A DNA stretch of 64,000 nucleotides from an uncultured Actinomycetes bacterium (lineage in GTDB: Bacteria; Actinomycetota; Actinomycetes; Streptosporangiales; Streptosporangiaceae), in the NCBI GenBank assembly GCA_963741615.1, contig CAVUIU010000001.1:6185-70184 (forward strand), read 5' to 3'. Shown one piece after another: positions 19,045 through 29,014 of the stretch. The translations under genes and the position numbers were made by a program. Numbering within the stretch: position 1 is the stretch's first letter; every line of letters starts with the position of its first letter. Below the pieces are notes generated by a model. It searched no databases, was not told the DNA's origin, and was given only the letters and a program-made list of their open reading frames with translations.

Positions 19045-19855
19045 TACTCGTCCTCCTGCTGGAAGATGACTGATGGGAGTGAACGGGACCGGGCACGCTC
19101 ACAGCTCACACGGCCGGGACAGGCGGTCGCCAGGCTTCCCTCGATATTGCCGGGGAATTTCTCCCATCCATGGTGAGATGGCGACGGCTGGTGCAGTGGG
19201 GGGGGCCAACGGATAACGGCCGGCCGTGCAGTGCGGCCAGATCATCCTCGCCGCCAGGCTGTTCTCCTACCAGAGCACGACGCTGCCTGGTGCGACCACC
19301 GTGTCAGCGATCCGGGCAAGTCCTGCCCCGCCCCTGGATCGCTGGGTGACAGCAGGAGTGTCATGCCGCCCTCACACCGCTCGGAGAGGCTTAATCGTAC
19401 CGCTCTGGGACAGCTGGGACCAGGGTCGACCCCTCTGCCCACATGGGCGGGAAGCGGAGGCCAGGCGGCGGCCCGGCGGCGCTCCCGCGGTGCGGGGACA
19501 CGGCGGCCACGCACGGTTGACATCGCGGCGATGAAGGGTAAGTTGCTGCGAAGTCCAGCACGGGGCACAGCCGCTGGGCGGGGGGTCAAGGCCCGGACAG
19601 GGCCCGGGCGGCCAGTAGACAACGGAGAGCCGTGCTCGTTGCCGGCGGGACGGGCTCCGGTCCGAAGGGATGCCCGGGCCCTCTCCTGCGAGAGGTTATC
19701 TCTCACCCGGTTATGCGCGAGGTAAAGGCTTTCCCGGCAGGCATGCCACACGTCGCGCAACGGCCGGTGGCACCTGCTGGCGGGGTACCCTGCAATGACG
19801 TCCATGGGGGAAATGCCGGGCGGGCAGGCCCGGCATTGCGCGAAGGCAGGAACAC

Positions 19856-20626
19856 GTGACCAGTTCGCCCGGTATCTCGGTGGGCCCGGTGGCCGTTGTG
19901 GTGCCCACCTATAACGAGCGTGACAACATCGAGATCATCGTGAACCGGGTCCGCGGCGCGGTGCCCGACGCCGACCTGCTCGTGGTGGACGACAACAGCC
20001 CCGACGGCACCGGTGAGATCGCCGACAAGCTGGCCATGCAGGACCCCCACATCCACGTCCTGCACCGGGCGGGCAAGGCGGGCCTGGGCGCCGCCTATAT
20101 AGCCGGGTTCCGCTGGGCACTCGAGCGGGGCTACAACGCGATGGTGGAGATGGACGCGGACGGCTCGCATCAGCCGGAAGAGCTGCCGCGGCTGCTGACG
20201 GCGCTGGCCGGTGCCGATCTCGTGCTCGGATCGCGCTACGTGCCCGGCGGGGCGGTGCTCAACTGGGCACGGTCGCGCGAACTGCTGTCCCGCGGCGGCA
20301 ATACGTACGCCCGGCTGATGCTCGGCCTCAAGCTCAAGGACGCGACCGGCGGCTACCGGGTCTTCCGTGCGAGCACCCTGCGCCGCATCGGCCTGGACGA
20401 CGTGGAGTCCCAGGGGTACTGCTTCCAGGTCAACCTCGCCCGGCGGACCATCCGGGCCGGGCTTACGGTCATCGAGGTCCCGATCACCTTCGTGGAACGT
20501 GAGCGGGGCGCCAGCAAGATGAGCCGGGCGATCGTCGCCGAGGCCTTCTGGCGGGTCACTGTGTGGGGCATCGCCCGCCTGCGGCCAGCCCGCCCGGCCG
20601 ACCGGGCCCGGCCAGCATCACGGTGA
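19856..20626 (+). CDS. ppm1: Polyprenol-phosphate mannosyltransferase (GT2)
   Basis: GT2 motifs VVVPTYNERDNI, VVDDNSPDGT, EMDADGSH. Adjacent to rbpA, as in other actinobacteria. GTG start. Confidence 0.85.
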   Translation: MTSSPGISVGPVAVVVPTYNERDNIEIIVNRVRGAVPDADLLVVDDNSPDGTGEIADKLAMQDPHIHVLHRAGKAGLGAAYIAGFRWALERGYNAMVEMDADGSHQPEELPRLLTALAGADLVLGSRYVPGGAVLNWARSRELLSRGGNTYARLMLGLKLKDATGGYRVFRASTLRRIGLDDVESQGYCFQVNLARRTIRAGLTVIEVPITFVERERGASKMSRAIVAEAFWRVTVWGIARLRPARPADRARPASR

Positions 20627-20654
20627 GGCGGCCGCGGCACCGGCGAGCGTGTCG

Positions 20655-21044
20655 TTAAGCGCTCTTGCGCTGCCGTGCCCGGGGCTCCTTCGCCTCGGCC
20701 TCGTCGCCGAGCCCGCGTTCCCCCCTGATCAGCGCGAGCCGTTCGGCGAGCACCTGCTCCAGGTCAGCGATGGACCGCCGCTCGCGCAGCATGTCCCAGT
20801 GACTGCGCGGGGGCTTGGTCTTCTTCGGGCTGGGCTGGTCCCCGGTGGCGGTGAAGGCGGTAGCGCCGCAGACCCGGCACTCCCAGGTGGCGGGAACTTC
20901 CGCCTCAGCGGCGAACGGCACGGTAAATTGGTGGCCCTTAGGGCAATCGAAAGCGATCTCCTGGCGTGGCGCCAGGTCTGTATTCCGGTCGTTCTCATAG
21001 CTCGTCGCTCCGAGCCGGGTGCCGCGAAGTGCGCGTTCGGCCAT
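20655..21044 (-). CDS. rbpA: RNA polymerase-binding protein RbpA
   Basis: 129-aa ORF. RbpA core FDCPKGHQF...WECRVCG and the C-terminal sigma-interaction region SHWDMLRERRSIADLEQVLAERL. Confidence 0.9.
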   Translation of the reverse strand: MAERALRGTRLGATSYENDRNTDLAPRQEIAFDCPKGHQFTVPFAAEAEVPATWECRVCGATAFTATGDQPSPKKTKPPRSHWDMLRERRSIADLEQVLAERLALIRGERGLGDEAEAKEPRARQRKSA

Positions 21045-21211
21045 ATGGCATTGCCTCCCAGGCGCTCAGCCTTCCACGTCGTCAACGCTGAGTTCCCGGA
21101 CAAGATTCCCGCTGTGCCCCGATTCCAACCCAGCACGGCCGGGCGGGGTTGATCGGGTAAGGCAGGCCGCACCGGTTTACCCGCGGCACGATGGGGATAC
21201 CGGCGACGGCC

Positions 21212-22087
21212 CTAGCGCGCCACCCGGGGATGCCACTGCCCGCGGCTGACGAGCACCTCCCGCAGCGCCACGGTCTCATCGGTCATGATCCCGTCCACGC
21301 CCAGATCCAGGAGATCCTCCATGGCGGGGCGGTCGTTCACGGTCCACGCATGCACCTGGAGCCCCAGCTGGTGGGCGCGGCCGATGAAGGCCGGGGTCGC
21401 CACCGTCGCAGGCACCTGGACACACTGCACACCGGCCTGTGCCAGGCGCTCCGCCAGCGGCCTGGGCGGGCGGGCACCCGCGCCCGGCCGGCGCGCGGCC
21501 ACGGCCGTGGGGCCCGCGGCCGCCTGCCTCCGCATCAGGCGGTCACGGTGGGGGCCACTGGAGCCGCGGGGGCCGCGCGGGCCGCCGAACCGGACCATCG
21601 CGGCTCCCAGCGGCGAAGCGGCCATGCATACCGGCCGGTCGAGCGCCCGCCGCGTGGCCCGGAGCCTGCTGGCGGAGAAGGAGACCACGCAGACCCGGTC
21701 CCACGCGTTGGTCTGCCGTAGCACATGGGCCAGCGGCGCGACCGCGGGCGCGTCCTTCACGTCGATGTTGAACCGCACGTCCGGCCAGGCAGCCAGCAGG
21801 TCTTCGAGCACCGGGATCGGCTCGGTGCCGTCGATGCGGGCGCCCGCGATGTCCCGGAGCGTCAGCCGGGAGACCCGCCCCGGCCGGCCGGTGACGCGGT
21901 CCAGCGTGCGGTCATGGAAGGCGATGAGCACCCCGTCCGCCGTCGCCTGCGCGTCGGTCTCCAGGTACTCGTAGCCGAGCCCGACCGCGTGCTCGAAGGC
22001 GCGCCAGGAGTTCTCCGGTGCGTGGGCCGCGCCACCCCGGTGGGCGAAGGCGAGCGGGCCTGGACGGTCGAGAAATACGCTCGGCAT
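21212..22087 (-). CDS. Glycerophosphodiester phosphodiesterase family protein
   Basis: GDPD motifs FAHRGG...PENS, YLETDAQATADGVLIAFHD, HAWTVND. Contains an Arg/Pro/Gly-rich internal segment. Confidence 0.8.
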   Translation of the reverse strand: MPSVFLDRPGPLAFAHRGGAAHAPENSWRAFEHAVGLGYEYLETDAQATADGVLIAFHDRTLDRVTGRPGRVSRLTLRDIAGARIDGTEPIPVLEDLLAAWPDVRFNIDVKDAPAVAPLAHVLRQTNAWDRVCVVSFSASRLRATRRALDRPVCMAASPLGAAMVRFGGPRGPRGSSGPHRDRLMRRQAAAGPTAVAARRPGAGARPPRPLAERLAQAGVQCVQVPATVATPAFIGRAHQLGLQVHAWTVNDRPAMEDLLDLGVDGIMTDETVALREVLVSRGQWHPRVAR

Positions 22088-22172
22088 GTAAGTGAGTATG
22101 CGGCACGGCTGTGACCAGGGTGAAAACGGAGGGCGCCGGCGCGGCGAACAGCCGGTGCCGGCCAGCCACCGG

Positions 22173-22520
22173 TCACGAACGCGGCTCGGCCACGGGCTGG
22201 CGCGCTGGCGCGGCGGTCCCGGACATGGCTGGCTCGATGTAGCGGTGGCTGATGTGACGCTCCACGATGAACGTCATCACCGGGATGGTGCCAGCGAGCA
22301 GCAACGCCACCGTCGGCCAGGGGGCGAGCCGCAATCTGCGGCTCAGCGGGAAGGCCACCAGCAGGTAGACGATGTACAGCGCGCCGTGAACGGTGCCGAC
22401 GGCGTTCACCGCCGCGCCGTCGGCCACGAAAGCCTGCATGATCGCGAGGACGCACAGAACGATGAGCACCACGCCGGTCACGTAGGCCATCACCCGGTAC
22501 AGGATGACGTTCGTGCGCAT
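22173..22520 (-). CDS. DUF3817-type integral membrane protein
   Basis: The start MRTNVILYRVMAYVTGVVL and four hydrophobic segments fit this family as I remember it. The upstream 21 codons of the track ORF are probably not translated. Confidence 0.6.
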   Translation of the reverse strand: MRTNVILYRVMAYVTGVVLIVLCVLAIMQAFVADGAAVNAVGTVHGALYIVYLLVAFPLSRRLRLAPWPTVALLLAGTIPVMTFIVERHISHRYIEPAMSGTAAPARQPVAEPRS

Positions 22521-22557
22521 CCGGCTGACCTCCTTCGCGCTCAGGCGCGCGTGGTCC

Positions 22558-22986
22558 CTACCGGAGGCCGTGCCACCTGCCATGACCCTTCACTTCCTTG
22601 GTGAGGCGAGCAAGGTAGGCGTTGTAGGCGGCGAGCTCCTCGTCGTCCTCACCCGGCTCTCCAGCGTCGCCGGGCTCCCGCCCGCTGCCCGGACGTGGCA
22701 CCGGCGCCCCGACCGGGAGCCCAACGTCGTCCGCCGATCCGGCCGGGGCGGGAGGATGGATCTCGTCCCGGATCGTCTTGACCCAGAAGACCAGCGCGAA
22801 AGCCGCGAACATCGGCCATTCGAAGGTGTAAGCCCAGCTGAGCGCGTTTCCCGCCTCGGCGCGGCGCAGCTGCCAGTCACCGAGCCAGAGCATCCCCACG
22901 ATGGCGAGGATCACGAACGCGTGCCAGCCCAGCCACTTGGGAGAGATCAGGAACCTCCACCGGGAGGCCTCCCGGGTACCGGACAT
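22558..22986 (-). CDS. Conserved-looking membrane protein, function unknown
   Basis: 142-aa ORF with two clear TM segments, an LGDWQLRRAE motif and an acidic tail. Codon usage matches its neighbours. Confidence 0.5.
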   Translation of the reverse strand: MSGTREASRWRFLISPKWLGWHAFVILAIVGMLWLGDWQLRRAEAGNALSWAYTFEWPMFAAFALVFWVKTIRDEIHPPAPAGSADDVGLPVGAPVPRPGSGREPGDAGEPGEDDEELAAYNAYLARLTKEVKGHGRWHGLR

Positions 22987-23073
22987 GCGCCGAGTCTAGG
23001 GCATGCGGGACGGCGCCGGCGGCTGGCCGAGTCCCTGCGCGAATCCGGGGCGGTCCTGCGTGATAATCGGAGC

Positions 23074-23397
23074 ATGTCCCTGACGGATCTGCTCCGGCCC
23101 GGGCGGTCCGGCGTGGCCGGGCGCCTGCCCGCCAGCCTGGACGAACTGCACGGGCCTGAGCTGGGAATCATCGTCCTGCCCCGGCATCTGGCATGGCCAG
23201 GGCTGCGCGAGTTCGACCTGTCCGACGACCGTCTGCGCCGAAGCCTCTACGGCATCGTGCTCACCCAGGGGCGGCGCAACGACATGGCACGCTTCGTCAA
23301 CGCGCGGCTGCTGCGGGCTGACTGGCCGCTGCTGCGAACATCGCTCGACCCCAAAGTGCGCAGGAGCTGCGAACGGCGGCTGCGGCTGGGGGTCTGA
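23074..23397 (+). CDS. Hypothetical protein
   Basis: The protein-like part of ORF 22504-23397 begins at ATG 23074 (MSLTDLLRPG...). No family recognised. Confidence 0.4.
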   Translation: MSLTDLLRPGRSGVAGRLPASLDELHGPELGIIVLPRHLAWPGLREFDLSDDRLRRSLYGIVLTQGRRNDMARFVNARLLRADWPLLRTSLDPKVRRSCERRLRLGV

Positions 23398-23467
23398 CCG
23401 GCCCGGGCCAGCCCCAGGGTGCCGCCCCGGTGCGCGACCCCCATCCACCCGCCCACAGGAGGACCGC

Positions 23468-23926
23468 ATGACCGTAACCGCGAACGGCCTGGACGAGCTC
23501 AAGGCACTGGCCGGAACCGACCTTGGGCACACCGGCTGGCTGGAGATCACCCAGGAACGGGTCAACGCGTTCGCCGACGCGACCGACGACCACCAGTGGA
23601 TCCACGTGGACCGTGAGAAGGCGGCGGCGGGGCCGTTCGGCCGCACCATCGCCCACGGGTTCCTGACCCTGTCCCTGGTCATCCCGCTCTTCGGCGAGCT
23701 CGCCGCGGTGAAGGGGGTGAGCATGGGGATCAACTACGGGCTGAACAAGGTGCGCTTCCCGGCCCCGGTCCCGGTCGGCTCCAAGATCAGGCTGGCCGCC
23801 CAGATGGGTGCGGTCGAGGACGCCGGGGTGAATGCCGTGCAGGCGGTCGTCAACTTCACGATCGAGGTGGAGGGCAGCGAGAAGCCCGCCTGTGTTGCCC
23901 AGGGGGTCTACCGTTACTACGCCTGA
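23468..23926 (+). CDS. MaoC-family (R)-specific enoyl-CoA hydratase/dehydratase
   Basis: 152-aa hotdog protein with the MaoC block ADATDDHQWIHVDREKAAAGPFGRTIAHGFLTLSL. Confidence 0.85.
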   Translation: MTVTANGLDELKALAGTDLGHTGWLEITQERVNAFADATDDHQWIHVDREKAAAGPFGRTIAHGFLTLSLVIPLFGELAAVKGVSMGINYGLNKVRFPAPVPVGSKIRLAAQMGAVEDAGVNAVQAVVNFTIEVEGSEKPACVAQGVYRYYA

Positions 23927-23978
23927 GCGCGGACCCCGGGCCCCGGCGGAAGCCCGGTGACGGGGGCCTGACGGATGA

Positions 23979-24016
23979 CCCTTACATACATGGGGCCTGC
24001 CCCACGTATGTAAGGG
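23979..24016. promoter_or_regulatory. 38-nt near-perfect palindrome 8 nt upstream of the adk-like start
   Basis: CCCTTACATACATGGGGC-CT-GCCCCACGTATGTAAGGG (17/18 arm positions pair). Locally AT-rich arms. Could be an operator or the maoC terminator. Confidence 0.4.
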
Positions 24017-24023
24017 TGGCGCT

Positions 24024-24683
24024 ATGCGCAAATACGTGATCATGGGCGTGCAGGGCAGCGGCAAGGGCACGCAGGCGGGCATGCTCGCGGCGGACCTGGA
24101 CCTGGTGCATATCAGCGTGGGAGACATCTTCCGCTGGCACGTGCAGCAGCACACCAAGCTCGGCGCCCAGGTCCGGCGCATCATGGCGGCCGGGGAACTG
24201 GTCGACGATGACATGGCGGAGGCGGTGACCGCCGAGCGGCTCGGTCAGCACGACTGGAACTACGGCTTCGTGATCGACGGCTTCCCCCGTAACCGCCGCC
24301 AGGCCGAGTTCTTCCTCGAAAGCTACGACATCGATGGCGTGATCCACCTGGAGCTGCCCGACTCCGAGGTTCGACGCCGGGTGCTCGCCCGCCGTCTGTG
24401 CTCGGGCTGCGGCCTGGACTACAACCTCATCACCGCCCGCCCGGCGCAGGAGGGCGTCTGTGATATCTGCGGCGGCACCCTGGTCACGCGCGAGGACGAC
24501 ACCGAGGAGGCGCTGGCGGTGCGGCTGCGTGACTACCACGAGAAGACCAACCCCGTGCTGGAACTGTTCGCGCGCAAGGAGTACGTGATCAGCATCGACG
24601 CCCGTCCCAGCAAGGAGGAGATCCAGCAGGAGATCCGCGAGCGCCTCCACCTTCCCGCATACAAGCCGGCGGCTTCCCGGTAG
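24024..24683 (+). CDS. Adenylate kinase-family nucleoside monophosphate kinase (paralog with zinc-type lid)
   Basis: P-loop GVQGSGKGTQ, GFPRN motif, lid cysteines CSGCG...CDICGG. Not in the ribosomal secY-adk-map context, so probably a second copy. Confidence 0.8.
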   Translation: MRKYVIMGVQGSGKGTQAGMLAADLDLVHISVGDIFRWHVQQHTKLGAQVRRIMAAGELVDDDMAEAVTAERLGQHDWNYGFVIDGFPRNRRQAEFFLESYDIDGVIHLELPDSEVRRRVLARRLCSGCGLDYNLITARPAQEGVCDICGGTLVTREDDTEEALAVRLRDYHEKTNPVLELFARKEYVISIDARPSKEEIQQEIRERLHLPAYKPAASR

Positions 24684-24698
24684 GGCGCGGGAGACCCC

Positions 24699-25793
24699 GT
24701 GCGGGTCCTGTTCGCCCCCGACTCGTACAAGGGCACCGCCACCGCCGCGGCGGCCGCCGCCGCACTCGCCAGCGGCTGGCTGGCCGAGCGTCCCGGCGAC
24801 CAGGTAACGTGCCTGCCCCTCGCCGACGGCGGGGAGGGAACGCTGGACGTGCTGGCGGCCGTGCTGCCGGGCACGCTGTGGCAGCGGGCCCTGGTCACCG
24901 GCCCGGGCAATGCCCCGGTGGACTGCGCCTGGCTGGAGCTGCCGGGCGCGGGGGCGGCGGTGGAACTGGCCCGGGCGAGCGGGATGCCGCTGCTCGGCAG
25001 GCCCGACCCGATGGGGGCGCACACCATCGGGCTGGGTGAGGCGATCGGCCGCGCGCTGGACCACGGCGCCCGGACCATCGTGATCGGCCTCGGTGGCTCC
25101 GCGTCCACCGACGGCGGGGCCGGGGCGCTGGCCGGTCTCGGCGCCCGCTTCCTGGACGCCGCGGGACGCGAGCTGCCCGCGGGCGGCGGGGCGCTGGCCG
25201 CCCTGGCCACGGTCGACACCACCGGCCTGCGGCCGCCGCCGGCCGGGGGAGTGACCTGCCTGGCCGACGTGACCGCGCCGCTGCTCGGGCCGCTGGGCGC
25301 GGCGGCCGTCTACGGCCCGCAGAAAGGCGCCCGCCCGCGGCAGGTGGCCGGGCTGGAAGCGGGGCTGGCCCGGCTGGCGGAGCTGCTGGGCGGGGAGCCG
25401 GGTGCCCCGGGCGCGGGCGCGGCGGGCGGGACGGGATACGGCCTGGCGGCCGGCTGGGGCGCGGTCCTCACGCCCGGCGCTCCCGAGCTGGCCCGGCTGG
25501 CCGGCCTGGACCGGGCCGTCAGCGGGGCCAACCTGATCATCACCGGCGAGGGCCGGTTCGACCCCACCTCGCTCACCGGCAAGGTGACCGGGACGGTGAT
25601 GGCCGCCGCCGCCGCGGCGGGCGTGCCGGTGGCGCTGGTCGCCGGCCAGCTCAGCGGAACCCCGCCCGCGGCCGCGGCCGTCGTCACGCTGACGGCCCTG
25701 GCCAGCGGCCCCGGTCCCGCGCAGGCCGACCCGGTGCGCTGGCTGGGCCAGGCCGGGCGTGCGCTGGCGCGGGACCTGGCGGCACCGGCATGA
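24699..25793 (+). CDS. Glycerate kinase
   Basis: N-terminus MRVLFAPDSYKGT..., LADGGEGT, GLGGSASTDGGAG and ITGEGRFD motifs typical of the GlxK/GarK family. GTG start. Confidence 0.85.
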   Translation: MRVLFAPDSYKGTATAAAAAAALASGWLAERPGDQVTCLPLADGGEGTLDVLAAVLPGTLWQRALVTGPGNAPVDCAWLELPGAGAAVELARASGMPLLGRPDPMGAHTIGLGEAIGRALDHGARTIVIGLGGSASTDGGAGALAGLGARFLDAAGRELPAGGGALAALATVDTTGLRPPPAGGVTCLADVTAPLLGPLGAAAVYGPQKGARPRQVAGLEAGLARLAELLGGEPGAPGAGAAGGTGYGLAAGWGAVLTPGAPELARLAGLDRAVSGANLIITGEGRFDPTSLTGKVTGTVMAAAAAAGVPVALVAGQLSGTPPAAAAVVTLTALASGPGPAQADPVRWLGQAGRALARDLAAPA

Positions 25794-25823
25794 CCGGCGT
25801 CACCCGGCGCCCTTCCAGTAGCC

Positions 25824-26777
<954 letters not shown>

Positions 26778-26800
26778 CCAGGTGACGCCCCGGCTGCCGG

Positions 26801-29014
26801 TCAGCTCTCCTCGATCGCGCGGGCGATCTGCTCACGGGTCAGCGGCAGGTCCCGCACCCGCACGCCCACCGCATCGGCCACCGCGTTGCCGATCGCGCCG
26901 GCGACCGGGCCCTGCGCCACCTCGCCCGCTCCGGTCTCCCGCTCGTCAGGCGCGGCCACGATCGCGACCTCCACCTGCGGCACCTCGGTGAACCGCAGGA
27001 TCGGGTACGTGTCCCAGTTCACCGAGATGACCCGGGTCCGGTCGAAACTGACCCGTTCCCGCAGCGCCCAGCTGGCGCTCTGGACCGCGCCACCCTCGAC
27101 CTGGTTGATGACACCGTCCGGGTTGATGACCCGCCCGACGTTAACAGCGAGCCACATATGGGACACCCGCACGTCGGTGCCGGCCTCCACGCGTGCCACC
27201 GCCGCGCAGTATCCGGCGACGCCCTTGTACCTGGCATAGCCAAGACCGAAGCCGGTCCCGTCCCCCCGCCCGGGCCATCCCGCCGTCCCGGCCCATCCGG
27301 ACATCCGCGCCGCCTGCTCGATCACCCGCCGGGCCCGGGGATCGGTGAGGTGGGCCAGCCGGAACCGCACCGGGTCCGCGCCGGCGGCTGCCGCCAGCTC
27401 GTCCATGAACGACTCGATGGCGAAGACGTTGAGGAAGGCCCCCAGCGAGCGGAGCGAGGAGGTCCGGATCGGCATCGAGAGCAGCCGGTGCCGGACGATC
27501 ACGCGGTCGGCGATGTCATAGCCGGGCACGGCATTGCGGGTCGAGCCCATCGCCCCGGTCGGCGGCCCGTCCGGGGCGGGGCTCATCGGCTGGCCCCCCT
27601 CGAGATGGGCGAGCGCCAGCAGCCGCGGCTCACCCCCGCTGCCCGGGCGGCCGATGAAGCCGTTGCTCCACACGTCCTGGCGCCAGCTGGCGATCCGCCC
27701 GCCGGCGTCGAGCCCGGCCGACAGCCGTGCCAGCATGGCCGGCCCGAGCGGCGCCCAGGCCATCTCGTCCTCCCGCGACCACAGCACCCGGACCGGGTGC
27801 CCGGGCACCGCGCGGGCCAGCAGGACCGCGTCCAGCGCGACGTCGTCGGCCCCGTTATGACCGTAGGCGCCCGCCCCTTCGACGTGGTTCACGGTGACCT
27901 GGCCCACGGCCAGGCCAAGCCCGGCCGCGATGGCCCCGCGCAGCGCGAACACGCCCTGGCTGTGGCTCCAGACGGTGACCCGCGCCTTCTCCCAGCAGGC
28001 GATGGCACAGCTGGGCGCCATCGAGGCGTGGGCAAGGAACGGCCGGGTGAACTCGGCGTCCAGAGTGCGGGTGACCGCGCTGGCCGCGGCCTCGTCGTGA
28101 CGTTCGTCCACGGTGACCGCCTGCGCGGGCGCGGACAGCAGGAACCCCTTCAGGTCGCGCTCGTCGGGCAGGGACGGGGCCACGTCCCACCGCGCCGCCC
28201 CGGCCAGCGACCGCGCCGCCGCGACCGCGGTCCGGTCGGCCGGTGCCACCACCCCCAGGAAGGAGCCATCGCGCACGGCCACCACGTCATCGGGCAGCGG
28301 GGGATCGCCGAGGCCGGCCAGGGACGCCACCACGGCGGGCGGCCTGATCACCCGGCCGTACAGCATGCCGGGCAGGACCAGATCGTGCAGGAACCGGGGG
28401 CGGCCCGTCACCTTGTCCGGGATGTCCAGCCGGGCGGCGCTGCGCCCGGCGACCGACCACCGGGCCGGCGCCTTGGCCGGCCGGGGGTCGCCCGCTTCCC
28501 GGTCGAGCAGGCCGGGACCAGCCTGGCCGGCCCGGCCGCGGCCGGCCAGCGACCAGTAGGTCAGGCCGGTGCCCCCGGCGTCGGTGGTGATCTCCCCGTC
28601 GGCCACCCCCAGCGCCGAGGCCTGGACGCCGAGCCGCTCCGCCGCGGCCGACAGGAATACGTAACGGGCCTGCGCACACGCCTGGCGCAGCGCCGAACCG
28701 GACTCCTCGATGGAGCGGCTGCCCGAGGTGACACCCTCGTCCGGGCTGGTGGCGGTGCTCACCGGGGCGACCCGGACGCGCCGCAGGTCGACGTCGAGTT
28801 CCTCGGCCGCGATCTGGGCCAGGGCGGTCCACACCCCCTGGCCGTACTCGACCTTGCCCGAGAAGATCGTGACCACGCCGGGGCCGGTGAAATCGAGCCA
28901 GGCAGCCAGCACGGGGTTGGCGGCGAGGGTCACCGGCAGCGGGGAAGCCGGCGGGGACGGGGAGATTGCTGAGGTCGGCGGGACGGGCGGGGACCCTGGT
29001 GGCGGTGTGGTCAT
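26801..29014 (-). CDS. Xanthine dehydrogenase-family molybdopterin-binding subunit (IorB-like)
   Basis: 737 aa from ATG 29014, which overlaps the small-subunit stop (ATGA). Aldehyde oxidase/XDH-like blocks (GKVEYGQGVWTALAQI, NPDGVINQVEGG). Confidence 0.85.
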   Translation of the reverse strand: MTTPPPGSPPVPPTSAISPSPPASPLPVTLAANPVLAAWLDFTGPGVVTIFSGKVEYGQGVWTALAQIAAEELDVDLRRVRVAPVSTATSPDEGVTSGSRSIEESGSALRQACAQARYVFLSAAAERLGVQASALGVADGEITTDAGGTGLTYWSLAGRGRAGQAGPGLLDREAGDPRPAKAPARWSVAGRSAARLDIPDKVTGRPRFLHDLVLPGMLYGRVIRPPAVVASLAGLGDPPLPDDVVAVRDGSFLGVVAPADRTAVAAARSLAGAARWDVAPSLPDERDLKGFLLSAPAQAVTVDERHDEAAASAVTRTLDAEFTRPFLAHASMAPSCAIACWEKARVTVWSHSQGVFALRGAIAAGLGLAVGQVTVNHVEGAGAYGHNGADDVALDAVLLARAVPGHPVRVLWSREDEMAWAPLGPAMLARLSAGLDAGGRIASWRQDVWSNGFIGRPGSGGEPRLLALAHLEGGQPMSPAPDGPPTGAMGSTRNAVPGYDIADRVIVRHRLLSMPIRTSSLRSLGAFLNVFAIESFMDELAAAAGADPVRFRLAHLTDPRARRVIEQAARMSGWAGTAGWPGRGDGTGFGLGYARYKGVAGYCAAVARVEAGTDVRVSHMWLAVNVGRVINPDGVINQVEGGAVQSASWALRERVSFDRTRVISVNWDTYPILRFTEVPQVEVAIVAAPDERETGAGEVAQGPVAGAIGNAVADAVGVRVRDLPLTREQIARAIEES

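Noticed and set aside
19198-19205. G8 homopolymer as a phase-variation switch
   Set aside because: It is not within or immediately upstream of any credible ORF or promoter. It is noted only as part of the island.
19045-19855. Known housekeeping or regulatory RNAs (RNase P RNA, tmRNA, SRP RNA, 6S, cobalamin, SAM and ZTP riboswitches) in the gene-free island
   Set aside because: I searched both strands by eye for hallmark strings: GAGGAAAGTCCGGGC and ACAGAAxxCGGC for RNase P, the tmRNA tag and acceptor ends, the B12 box, and ZTP pseudoknot motifs. I found only weak partial resemblances. The class is unknown, so the region is kept only as an unexplained structured island.
19226-19859. ORFs 19226-19534(+), 19231-19725(+), 19242-19805(-) and 19632-19859(+) as protein genes or lnt remnants
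   Set aside because: The translations are Arg/Pro/Gly-rich. They have no hydrophobic Lnt-like segments and no CN-hydrolase motifs.
21480-21700. Possible frameshift inside the GDPD gene (Arg/Pro/Gly-rich insert)
   Set aside because: The alternative frames across this segment are even less protein-like, and the flanking GDPD motifs are in the same frame. It is treated as a natural low-complexity insertion.
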